Part shown: in pieces, positions 16,991 through 24,959 of the stretch | Numbering within the stretch: the first letter of the stretch is position 1 | Layout: every line of letters begins with the position of its first letter | Assembly (NCBI GenBank): GCA_964653695.1 | Contig: CAZZFQ010000004.1 | Location: 1 to 50,075, forward strand | DNA from: an uncultured Candidatus Bathyarchaeia archaeon | Lineage (GTDB): Archaea > Thermoproteota > Bathyarchaeia > 40CM-2-53-6 > JALHTG01 | Direction: 5' to 3' | Length of the DNA stretch: 50,075 nt | The notes under the pieces: generated by a model | The model's input: the letters and a program-made list of their open reading frames with translations, nothing else | Told to the model about the DNA's origin: nothing | Databases searched by the model: none | Translations under genes and position numbers: made by a program

Positions 16991-17019
16991 CAATCCTTTA
17001 AATACGGCTCAAAGGATTG
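16991..17019 (+). promoter_or_regulatory. Candidate TATA box (TTTAAATA, 16997-17004) embedded in a perfect 9-bp inverted repeat (possible operator)
   Basis: CAATCCTTT (16991-16999) and AAAGGATTG (17011-17019) are exact reverse complements with an 11-nt spacer. TTTAAATA overlaps the left arm and spacer. The ATG of the lectin-like gene at 17035 is about 35 nt downstream of the box. Confidence 0.4.
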
Positions 17020-18315
17020 TTCACGGGATCAACAATGAATAGGCACTTTCTCATTGCAATAGGGGCACTTCTTAGCTTGCTTGTTGTCTCGAACACCTCC
17101 GTTACTAGGATTGTGGAGGCGCAACCCTTCACGGCTGTCTGGTTTGAAGCCTTCGACGGGTTGACTACTTTCGATGACTTTGGGGGCCAGTTATCTGATC
17201 ATTGGACGACTTACCGAGGAGGCCCTGAGATCAGGGCTGGAGGAGGCAGAGGCTCGGTCCTCGTTATGACTCATCCTGACCCAGGAGGAGAACTCGGCGC
17301 CTTCAAAGATCAGGCCTCGACTGCTCTGTTCCTATCGAACCCAATGACAGTGAACTTTGTCGACGGAATGATTGAGTTTGACATTTACTTCGAAACCATG
17401 AGAGAGAGCGGAGCCAGCGCTATGCTTACATTTCGAATGCAAAGCGAAGACACCTACTATGCTCTTAGACTTACAAGTACGAGGGATTGGAGATGTTACT
17501 TTGCCAGGTATTTTGGATGCGGAAACTGGCGGACGTTAGGCACACAATCAGACCTCGGCGTCTTTCCGACGCAGGCTTGGTCCCATGTTGTGGTCACGGT
17601 CGGCGGCCCGAGATTCCAAGCCTACAAGGATGGAGTACTCATCTGTGAGGCTGTCGATGAGACTTGGCAAAGAGGATGTTGGGGCGGGATAGGATTCCAG
17701 AACAACTACTATGGCGCTTCCTTCTACATCGACAACTTCAGGATTCCAGAAGGTTTCCAATGGACGACATATAGAGGGGCTCCTGGCCGTGACACCTTCT
17801 CAGGTAGGTCCGCTCCGTCAATGCTCTTTGACCATCCCAGCGAATTAGCCGACGGCGCTCCATTTGCAGACATAAATTGCTACTCGGCTTACGTCTCGAA
17901 ACCGGACATGAGATGCTTCACGAACGGGGCCGTAGAGTTTGACATACTATTCGACAATCCCGGAGGGCAGAAGGCGTTCATCACATTCAGAATGCAGAGC
18001 GACACTGAATACTATGCAGTCAGGTTGACGAGCACAAAGGACTGGACCTGCTATTTCCTTAAACAAAACGGGTGGGGCAGCTATGAGATCTTAGGGACCC
18101 AGTCCGCGAACGGAGTCATTCCTCTTCAAGCTTGGACGCACATCAAGATAGTCATCAATGGTGGGCAATTCGAATGCTACCGAGACGGCTACTTGATATG
18201 CTCGGCCTTTGACCAAACATGGTCAATCGGGACTTGGGGAGGCATCGGTTTCTACAGCGCATACAACAGAGGACTGTTTCACATAGATAACCTGAAGATC
18301 TGCCTCGCAAGATAA
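17017..18315 (+). CDS. Secreted protein with two tandem concanavalin-A/LamG-like (DUF1080-like) jelly-roll domains
   Basis: 432-aa ORF whose likely start is the ATG at 17035 (MNRHFLIAIGALLSLLVVSNTS signal-like). Two internal repeats of about 185 aa share WTTYRG, EFDI.F, TFRMQS..YYA.RLTST.DW.CYF, LGTQS, QAW.H, Y.DG.LIC, WGGIGF and IDN..I. The W..v.v...G....y.dG and G.IGF...IDN.rI patterns resemble LamG/DUF1080 folds. The family call is by eye only. Confidence 0.6.
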   Translation: MFTGSTMNRHFLIAIGALLSLLVVSNTSVTRIVEAQPFTAVWFEAFDGLTTFDDFGGQLSDHWTTYRGGPEIRAGGGRGSVLVMTHPDPGGELGAFKDQASTALFLSNPMTVNFVDGMIEFDIYFETMRESGASAMLTFRMQSEDTYYALRLTSTRDWRCYFARYFGCGNWRTLGTQSDLGVFPTQAWSHVVVTVGGPRFQAYKDGVLICEAVDETWQRGCWGGIGFQNNYYGASFYIDNFRIPEGFQWTTYRGAPGRDTFSGRSAPSMLFDHPSELADGAPFADINCYSAYVSKPDMRCFTNGAVEFDILFDNPGGQKAFITFRMQSDTEYYAVRLTSTKDWTCYFLKQNGWGSYEILGTQSANGVIPLQAWTHIKIVINGGQFECYRDGYLICSAFDQTWSIGTWGGIGFYSAYNRGLFHIDNLKICLAR

Positions 18316-18500
18316 AGAGCTGCATCTTCACCTTCGAAAAGCCGCAGCAAACGACGGAAGAGTTTCTTTACGAATTCCCGGGGGCATATTGCTATCAGAG
18401 ATTCTTGACAACCCCCTTCTCTTCGCCGGTTGATTGGGTTCGCAGTCTCGGACAGATGAGGAAAAGAGGCTGAGAATCGAGTTTCTGCGACTCCCACCTG

Positions 18501-18510
18501 TTTTATATAA
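18501..18510 (+). promoter_or_regulatory. Candidate archaeal TATA box
   Basis: TTTTATATAA is centred about 32 nt upstream of the TTG start at 18538, consistent with a leaderless or short-leader transcript. Confidence 0.35.
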
Positions 18511-18537
18511 GTTTTCAGAACTAGTCGGGCGGGAGTC

Positions 18538-19731
18538 TTGTTGACTGAGAAGAGTTGGGGCTCACCAATTCCAAAAGACTTGGCTGAGATTCTGCTTGTC
18601 TCAGGAATAATACTTGCTTTCGGCTTCTGGGAGCACTTCCCAATGATAGTGCCTAACCACTACACGGATATAGCAAGCATATTCTGGAGAGAAGGTATAG
18701 GGAAAGGCCGCCTCGGGATCCCTTACTACGACTACGTTTTTGAATACCCTGTGATCGTAGGCTTCTTCACGTATCTCTGCTCATACTTTGGCAGGTCGAT
18801 GTCAGGTGACTTTGGAATCTCCATGGCTTTCTACTCTTTCGGGATGTATCTTGTGTTGATCGCGTTTGCGCTGGGAACAGTAGTCGTTGTCTATAAGCTC
18901 TGTGAGCTAGTAGGGGCTGACAAGAGAAGGATGTTCCTTTACTTTCTTGTGACGCCCGCGTTTATCATGTTCACGATATATAACTGGGACATATTCGCGG
19001 TCTTCTTTTCGGCTCTCTCGATCTACTTCTATCTCCGTGGACAGAAACATTATTCCGCGATCAGTCTGGGGCTTGGAATAGCCTCCAAGATCTATCCCGC
19101 GGTTTTAGGTCCGATCTATCTTCTTGAGGAGAAGACTTGGAAGGCGAGGCTCGTGTTCTTTGCTCTTGCGGCCGGTGTCTTCGCGCTTCTAAATGCGCCG
19201 TTCATCATCTTGAAGTATGATGTGTGGTTTGGGACTTGGCGACATCATATGACCTGGGGGATTGAGAACTCGTGGTTGATCTATCTCTTTGATCAGATGG
19301 ATCCGAACGCGCACTACGCCAGCTTGTTGGTCCTGCTGTATCTGGTCTACAAAGGAATAGCGGGAACTATCAAGAAGGACTACGGTTCACAAGCCTCCAG
19401 AATCTTGGAACGATCATTCTTGATGAGTTTGGCCTGGCTCATAAGCTCGTATGTCTGCCCACCCCAGATGGCTCTAATGATTCTGCCTTTTCTGGTCCTG
19501 ATGCCTCTTGCACCTCTCTGGCTGTTCTACTTGGCTGAGATCTTCAATGCGCTGATCATAGTCTTGTGGTTCACTCCTCAACTGAATCTTGGAAATCCTC
19601 TGGTGGCAAGTAGCCCGGTGCAGGCGTTCTCCGCGATGAGACAGTTGATATGGCTACTGTTCTTCTTGATGGTGCTGTACCCGGGAAAGCTTAAGGTCTG
19701 GACTGAAGATCTTTTTGCAAGGATCAGATAA
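18538..19731 (+). CDS. Polytopic membrane protein, GT-C-fold glycosyltransferase candidate (DUF2029/GT87- or PIG-V-like)
   Basis: 397-aa ORF with about 9-11 hydrophobic helices. The first loop carries acidic and aromatic residues (HYTDIASIFWREG...IPYYDYVFEYPVIVGFFTY), as in GT-C mannosyl/arabinosyltransferase-like families. The family assignment is not verified. Confidence 0.5.
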   Translation: MLTEKSWGSPIPKDLAEILLVSGIILAFGFWEHFPMIVPNHYTDIASIFWREGIGKGRLGIPYYDYVFEYPVIVGFFTYLCSYFGRSMSGDFGISMAFYSFGMYLVLIAFALGTVVVVYKLCELVGADKRRMFLYFLVTPAFIMFTIYNWDIFAVFFSALSIYFYLRGQKHYSAISLGLGIASKIYPAVLGPIYLLEEKTWKARLVFFALAAGVFALLNAPFIILKYDVWFGTWRHHMTWGIENSWLIYLFDQMDPNAHYASLLVLLYLVYKGIAGTIKKDYGSQASRILERSFLMSLAWLISSYVCPPQMALMILPFLVLMPLAPLWLFYLAEIFNALIIVLWFTPQLNLGNPLVASSPVQAFSAMRQLIWLLFFLMVLYPGKLKVWTEDLFARIR

Positions 19732-19811
19732 TCATTCCGCCAAGTAAATCTTGGAATCTCTTATATGCAGTGTAACAGACTATATGCAATCGTCAGCTGA
19801 GGCGTCATCGC

Positions 19812-20402
19812 TTGAAGCATCGGTGCATTCTGGTCACTCTCTTCTTTCTGTTGCTTCTGTCTACCCCCATTTGGGCACAGGAAACAGGACTTTCAGTTAG
19901 ATGGGTCTGGAATGACGGAAACAATCTTCCACCGGGAAAGGAGATATCGTCAGTCAGCATTACTCTTTCCAATGACGGAAGAAAGCAGCTGACGCTTGAG
20001 TTCGTTGGATTGCACTTCGCTTGGATGCCTGAGAACTCATATGTCTACGGTGGAGGAAGCGAGAGGACCAACGCTCTAGTTCCTGGCCAAAGCATAACCT
20101 ATACGATTCCCTTCGGCATTCCGAAGGATATTGCTCTGGGTCCGTACAAGTCATACGCCGCAATCACCTACTATTTTGCGAATGATACCGCACAGACAAA
20201 GATCTCAACTGCCTATCTCCCTTCGCAAAGCTTGGAGATAGTGCCTCTAGTCGTTGTGACCGTCACGTCAACAAAGACCGTTGAACAGCCTGCCGATTGG
20301 ACAGTGGACTTCGCACTTCTAGTTGCTTTCACAGTTGTAGGATTGGCCTTGCTTGCGACTCTTCGATCAGCCAGAAGAAAGGGGGAAGAGCCGACCAAGT
20401 GA
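19812..20402 (+). CDS. Small secreted/C-terminally anchored protein, Ig-like (CARDB-like?) domain, unknown function
   Basis: 196-aa ORF with a signal-like N-terminus (CILVTLFFLLLLSTPIWAQE). It has a beta-rich middle, a C-terminal TM (FALLVAFTVVGLALLATL) and a basic tail (RSARRKGEE). Confidence 0.55.
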   Translation: MKHRCILVTLFFLLLLSTPIWAQETGLSVRWVWNDGNNLPPGKEISSVSITLSNDGRKQLTLEFVGLHFAWMPENSYVYGGGSERTNALVPGQSITYTIPFGIPKDIALGPYKSYAAITYYFANDTAQTKISTAYLPSQSLEIVPLVVVTVTSTKTVEQPADWTVDFALLVAFTVVGLALLATLRSARRKGEEPTK

Positions 20403-20444
20403 CAGGAGATCGACTGTTGGAGGTGAAGACTAATCAAGTACGGT

Positions 20445-20594
20445 TTGAGTTGGGCATGCAGGAGCTTTCATGTCGACCTTGATTTGAAGGACTCCTACGA
20501 CAAGGCTATTGTCTACTTGCTCGCAATCAGTCTTGCGCTAAGACTCGTGTGGTTGGACATGCCAAAGGGCAGCCTAATATTCGACGAGAGGTAG
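20445..20594 (+). pseudogene. Detached N-terminal fragment (TM1 + FDE motif) of the PMT-like glycosyltransferase, in a different frame from 20549..21751
   Basis: This frame is open from 20427 to a TAG at 20592-20594. It encodes ...DLKDSYDKAIVYLLAISLALRLVWLDMPKGSLIFDER*, the first TM helix and the loop-1 (F)DE motif of PMT/GT39-like enzymes. Candidate TTG starts are at 20445 and 20484. It is shorter than the ORF-track cutoff. Confidence 0.55.
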
Positions 20595-21751
20595 CGGCAG
20601 ACGCTATCCGTCATTGGTACTACGTGAATGCTGCCCGAAACATCTTAGGTTTGCCCCAAAGCATTGGGGGGGAAGGAAAGCCTCCATACCCTGATGCTGT
20701 GAAAGGCTTAGATCCCAATCACGAACATCCTCCACTTGCCAAACTCATAATTGCGTTCTCGATGTGGTTCATTGGAAACAATGAGTATGGGTTTAGGCTT
20801 CCAAGCGTGCTGTTTGGGACCTTATCCATACTAGTGTTCTATCTGCTACTGAAGAGAGTGAGTGGTGATAGGTTGCTGTCGCTGATGGCAACATTTCTCT
20901 TTAGCTTTGACAACCTCGTCTTTGTGCATAGTCGGATAGCAACCTTGGATATATTTGTCCTCTTCTTCATGATTCTTGGATTCTACTGGTACTTTGGAAG
21001 GAAGATGGTGTTGAGCGGGGTTGCGTTTGCCCTGTCAACACTATGCAAGATAGGAGGACTGTATGGGGTTCTAGCTGTCGGCTTCTGGCATGTGGGCAAA
21101 GCTCTTTTTGGCAAGAAGGAAAGCTCGGGTCAGCACTCTTTGATGCGCAGGCTCGAGGATCTCGAGCGACTCGTCATCACATGCGGCACAAGCTTTGTCG
21201 GGCTTCTTTTCCTGATGGATAGGCTCTGGGTCGGGTACGCCAACCCGATAGAACACATAACATTCATCCTGAACTACACTCGGGCGTTGACAGCTCCTTT
21301 TCCCACAGGGATACAAAGCTACCCATGGCAGTGGTTACTTAACCAAGTCCAGATCCCGTACCTCAAGGTAGACGTGAACAAGATAGTCGATGGTGCTGTC
21401 GTGGGAACTTACACTTCAGTCCACTTTGAGGGAGCCATGAATCCACTTATAATCTACCTGACGCTACCAGCAATCCTCTATACTGGATACCTATTCTTCT
21501 CGAGAAGGAATGACGTTTCACTACTTGCGATCGCGTGGTTTGCTGGGACCTATCTACCATTCATTCCAATGGCCCTTCTATGGAATAGAATAATGTACCT
21601 ATTCTACTTCCTCAACACGATCCCAAGCGTATGCATAGCCATAACCTCAATGGCATTGGATCAGAAGCCTCCGAAGATAATCATGGGACTATATCTTCTG
21701 GCTGTCGTCGGAATGTTCGTGATGATGTTTCCATTCAAAGCCGTGCCCTGA
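20549..21751 (+). CDS. Dolichyl-phosphate-mannose-protein mannosyltransferase-like (PMT/GT39-like, GT-C) membrane glycosyltransferase, N-terminally disrupted
   Basis: 400-aa ORF with YYVNAARNILG...DPNHEHPPLAKLIIAFSMWFIGNNEYGFRLPSVLFGTLSILVFYLLLKR, a pattern typical of PMT-family loop 1/TM2-3. Multiple further TM helices follow. The expected preceding TM1+FDE is encoded in another frame (see 20445..20594). Confidence 0.7.
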   Translation: MVGHAKGQPNIRREVAADAIRHWYYVNAARNILGLPQSIGGEGKPPYPDAVKGLDPNHEHPPLAKLIIAFSMWFIGNNEYGFRLPSVLFGTLSILVFYLLLKRVSGDRLLSLMATFLFSFDNLVFVHSRIATLDIFVLFFMILGFYWYFGRKMVLSGVAFALSTLCKIGGLYGVLAVGFWHVGKALFGKKESSGQHSLMRRLEDLERLVITCGTSFVGLLFLMDRLWVGYANPIEHITFILNYTRALTAPFPTGIQSYPWQWLLNQVQIPYLKVDVNKIVDGAVVGTYTSVHFEGAMNPLIIYLTLPAILYTGYLFFSRRNDVSLLAIAWFAGTYLPFIPMALLWNRIMYLFYFLNTIPSVCIAITSMALDQKPPKIIMGLYLLAVVGMFVMMFPFKAVP

Positions 21752-21856
21752 GGAAATAGCAGCTCGTGGACGATTGGCTCAATATCTCGTACTCAGACTT
21801 CGCAACTGACCACTCAAGAAACTCGACTCATATGCATTCCACGTCGCAGGCTGCGC

Positions 21857-22366
21857 CTAGAGGCGCATATCTATTACCTTTCTCTTTACGAGAGCATACA
21901 TGACTAGGATGCTGAAAGCGAGTTCAACCGCTAGGTATGAGCCATTGTAGATCGCAGAGTACACCGCAGGGTTCATCCCTGCGGGAGCATACATCCAGAA
22001 GAATATCACTCCAGACAGAAAGTGGCAGACAAATCTCCCGGCAATGCCTACGACAACGCCTGCGATCGGATACCTCTTGAAGAATCCCGCCAGACCAAGA
22101 GCGCCAAACGCAAGTGGGTAGTCAAGGAGGAATTGAGCTGGATGCACAATGTAGGGCTGAGGGAACATATCCATAAGCCCATAAACGACTCCTCCTAACA
22201 CTCCTATCTTCGGTCCTCTTCGCAGAGCCAACCACAGTAGAGGAACCATGCTAACTGCAGTCACTGAACCACCTTGGGGCAAGCGGAATAGTACTACTAA
22301 GTTCAGAACGTAGGCAAGCGCTACGGCGGCGACTATCTCGGCTACGACCTTTGTCTGACTCTTCAC
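21857..22366 (-). CDS. thiT: Thiamine transporter ThiT (ECF-type S component / YuaJ family)
   Basis: 169-aa, 6-TM ORF. It aligns by eye with the Lactococcus ThiT sequence as I recall it (LALRRGPKIGVLGGVVYG; LLDYPLAFGALGLAGFF; HFLSGVIFFWMYA; VYSAIYNGS). A TPP riboswitch lies directly upstream. It has a GTG start. Confidence 0.8.
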   Translation of the reverse strand: MKSQTKVVAEIVAAVALAYVLNLVVLFRLPQGGSVTAVSMVPLLWLALRRGPKIGVLGGVVYGLMDMFPQPYIVHPAQFLLDYPLAFGALGLAGFFKRYPIAGVVVGIAGRFVCHFLSGVIFFWMYAPAGMNPAVYSAIYNGSYLAVELAFSILVMYALVKRKVIDMRL

Positions 22367-22407
22367 TCACTTCACACTCAGGGGCTGGTTTGAGCCCGCA
22401 GAGAAGT

Positions 22408-22510
22408 ACCCTTCTTAGTCCCTTCGCCAGCATTGTCTGGAGCAGGTTCAAAGGGTCGGCGAATCCAGAATTCGCCCTCTCAGCCGGGTCTACCCAGCTC
22501 CCCGAAGATT
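22408..22510 (-). promoter_or_regulatory. TPP (THI-box) riboswitch aptamer
   Basis: The minus strand reads UCUUCGGGGAGCUGGGUAGACCCGGCUGAGAGGGCGAAUUCUGGAUUCGCCGACCCUUUGAACCUGCUCCAGACAAUGCUGGCGAAGGGACUAAGAAGG. Conserved CUGAGA, ACCCUUUGAACCUG, a CCAG-ACAAUG-CUGG hairpin and GCGAAGGGA are all present. P1 (UCUUC/GAAGG), P3 (GCUGGG/CCCGGC) and a variable insert hairpin (GGCGAAU/AUUCGCC) can be drawn. It ends about 40 nt upstream of the thiT start. Confidence 0.85.
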
Positions 22511-22526
22511 GTGGCCAGGAAAGATT

Positions 22527-22536
22527 CCTATAAGAG
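22527..22536 (-). promoter_or_regulatory. Candidate TATA-like box for the riboswitch-thiT transcript
   Basis: The minus strand reads CTCTTATAGG about 20-25 nt upstream of the first paired riboswitch nucleotide. This is a weak match. Confidence 0.25.
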
Positions 22537-22760
22537 TTTGCGTACTGGCATCGCTCTGGACCTCGGCAAACAAGGACATAAAGGAGCGTCTGGGGAGACG
22601 AAAAGAAGAATACTCGAAAGATATCGAAGTAGCCTTAGCGATCTGACTGGGTGCAGCAAAATCAGCTATAGTCACGAGAATCGAAGACGACCATGTGGCT
22701 TGATTTCGACCATTCGTTGTGGTTGCTGGCGTGATCGGGACGCTGTTCTGGTCACTCTAC

Positions 22761-23897
22761 TTATCGCAGCACTTCTCTGGCGACTATTAGCCGCTGAATC
22801 TCAGACGTACCTTCAATTATCGCTAGTGTCTTCGCATCTCGCATATATCTTTCGACAGGCAACTCGCGCGAGAGCCCGTAGCCGCCGTGAATTTGGATGG
22901 CCCGTTCCGACGTTCTCAGGGCGACCTCTGATGCATACACTTTTGCCATTGCTGCATGTTTTGTGAATTTTTCGTTTCTGTCTGCGAGAGTGGCCGCCTC
23001 ATAGCAGAGAAGCTTTGCTGCCTCGGTTTGGGTTGCCATATCTGCGATTGCAAACTGAATGGCTTGGAACGACGCTATTGTTTGGCCAAATTGAACTCGT
23101 TCTTTCGCATAGGCAACTGAGGCCTCCAACGAAGCCTCTGCCAACCCGACTCCCATTGCTGCGGCCCCGATCCTGCCGTAGTCGAGTGCAGTCAAAGCAA
23201 TCTTGAATCCGTCTCCCTCTTTCCCGAGTACGTTCTTTTCGGGGATTTTGCAGGCCTCCAGAACAATCTCTCCGTTGGAGGATGCTCGTAACCCAATCTT
23301 GTCTTCTATCTTCCCAACCCTGATCCCCGGGTTGTTTCCTTCAACGATGAAGGCGCTGATGCCCCTAGACCCCTTCGAAGGGTCCGTGGATGCAAACACA
23401 AGGTAGATGCCTGCGGCGCCGGCGTTTGTGATGAAACACTTGTTTCCGTTCAGCAAGTACTCGCCACCTTTGCGGATAGCAAGGGTCTTTATCGCCCCAG
23501 CGTCCGAACCGGCCTGGGGCTCCGTCATCGCGAAAGCTCCAATCCTTTCCCCGCGGCCGAGAGGGGTGAGGAAAGTCTTCTTCTGATCTTCAGTTCCGAA
23601 GAGCTGTATGGAGAGAGCCGCCATCGTGTGAACTCCGCAGATGAAGGCTGTATTCGCGCAAACCTTTGCGAGTTCCTGAACTGATATTGCGAAGTTCTTC
23701 ATTCCAGCTCCTGCTCCGCCGTACGACTGGGAAATAGGGATTCCAAGAAGATTCATCCTGGCGAGCTTCCGGACGGTCTCGAATGGATACTCGCCTGTCC
23801 GGTCAATCGTCGAAGCTTTTGGGGCAACCTCTCTCTTGGCGAAGTCTTCAACAGTTTTCTTCAGGAGCATCTCGCTGTCAGAAAGTAGAGACGACAT
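22761..23897 (-). CDS. Acyl-CoA dehydrogenase (short/medium-chain, butyryl-CoA dehydrogenase-like)
   Basis: 378-aa ORF with typical ACAD blocks (FAMTEPQAGSDA, KCFITNAG, YGRIGAAAMGVG, QFGQTIASFQAIQF, IHGGYG, IIEGTSEIQRLI). Confidence 0.9.
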   Translation of the reverse strand: MSSLLSDSEMLLKKTVEDFAKREVAPKASTIDRTGEYPFETVRKLARMNLLGIPISQSYGGAGAGMKNFAISVQELAKVCANTAFICGVHTMAALSIQLFGTEDQKKTFLTPLGRGERIGAFAMTEPQAGSDAGAIKTLAIRKGGEYLLNGNKCFITNAGAAGIYLVFASTDPSKGSRGISAFIVEGNNPGIRVGKIEDKIGLRASSNGEIVLEACKIPEKNVLGKEGDGFKIALTALDYGRIGAAAMGVGLAEASLEASVAYAKERVQFGQTIASFQAIQFAIADMATQTEAAKLLCYEAATLADRNEKFTKHAAMAKVYASEVALRTSERAIQIHGGYGLSRELPVERYMRDAKTLAIIEGTSEIQRLIVAREVLR

Positions 23898-24053
23898 CTG
23901 CCACCTCTCCTACATGCGAGTCTACTGAATGGACATAGAGCTTTTCTCGGATAAGCCTGTACCTGCTACGATTCAGTTAGACGAATTGGACCTCTCGCCA
24001 GGCTTTTTTACTAGAAGGCTCCGTACCATGGGATGAGTCTTTGGTGATCTCGC

Positions 24054-24959
24054 TTGGTTGAGGCGGCTGTAGAGGACAAGAGAGTGACCTTACAGGAAGC
24101 TGCCAAAATAGTCTTCGATGGCGCACATCTCTTTTGGGGAGGTTTTGGTTATCAGAGGCCTCCTGCCGAGTTTGCGCGAGAGCTCATTCGTCAGAAGAAG
24201 AGAGAGCTGACGCTCTACACCTGTGGCTCTGAAGTCGACATCGATATGCTTGCGGGTGCTAAGGTTGCTAAGAGGTTTGAGTTGGCATACGTGGCGATTG
24301 AGGCGATAGGCCTTGCTCCGAATACGGGTCGGAGGATCAAGGAGGGGTTCCTTGAGATAGAGGACTACTCGAACTTGGCGATGGCGATGAGGTTCTACGG
24401 AGGCGCCATGGGAGTTCCTTTTATGCCGATCAAGAGCATGATGGGAACCGATCTTGAAAGGCCGAAGTTTCGCAAGAACAAGCTGAAGGTGATTGATTGT
24501 CCTTTTACAGAAGAGCGAGTATGTCTCGTTCCATCTGTGAAACCTGACTTCAGTATTGTGCATGCATCAAGAGTGGATCCTGAGGGGAATGCTCAGATCG
24601 ATGGGACGAGAGGAGAAGATGAGGAAGGCGCCAGAGCTGGGAAGAAAGTCATCGTCCTTGCAGAGGAGATAATCGATAATGAAGTTGTGAGGGCTCAACC
24701 GGATCAGACAGTCATACCTGGACTATATGTCGACAAGGTTGTAGAATGTCCCTGGGGCAGTCACCCTATGATGGCATACAATTACTACGACTACGATCTA
24801 GAGCACATAAGGTTCTACATCAAACAGTGTGAGACAGAAGATGGATGGCAGAAGTACTGCGAGGAGTTCATTACAGGGACAGATCGCTTAGGCTACCTGA
24901 GAAAGATTGGTCTGGAGAGGCTCCTCAAGCTTCGAGCCAAGAAACCCTATGGCTACTAG
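24054..24959 (+). CDS. CoA-transferase subunit A (glutaconate/3-oxoacid CoA-transferase family)
   Basis: 301-aa ORF with N-terminal ..LQEAAKIVFDGAHLFWGGFG.. and family-I CoA-transferase alpha-like blocks. It abuts the B-subunit gene with a 0-nt gap. Confidence 0.8.
   Translation: MVEAAVEDKRVTLQEAAKIVFDGAHLFWGGFGYQRPPAEFARELIRQKKRELTLYTCGSEVDIDMLAGAKVAKRFELAYVAIEAIGLAPNTGRRIKEGFLEIEDYSNLAMAMRFYGGAMGVPFMPIKSMMGTDLERPKFRKNKLKVIDCPFTEERVCLVPSVKPDFSIVHASRVDPEGNAQIDGTRGEDEEGARAGKKVIVLAEEIIDNEVVRAQPDQTVIPGLYVDKVVECPWGSHPMMAYNYYDYDLEHIRFYIKQCETEDGWQKYCEEFITGTDRLGYLRKIGLERLLKLRAKKPYGY

Noticed and set aside
20592-20594. In-frame TAG after FDER considered as a possible pyrrolysine or read-through codon in the PMT-like gene.
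   Set aside because: Reading through TAG in that frame hits a TGA 11 codons later, and the product (RQTLSVIGTT) lacks the conserved YYVNAA continuation. That continuation is clearly in the other frame, so a frame disruption fits better.
22433-22966. 177-aa plus-strand ORF, and the 66-aa minus ORF 22251..22451, near thiT.
   Set aside because: The plus ORF runs antisense through the TPP riboswitch and into the acyl-CoA dehydrogenase gene, with Arg/Ser-rich composition. The minus ORF overlaps the riboswitch aptamer and the thiT 5' end. Both are better explained by the RNA element and the flanking genes.
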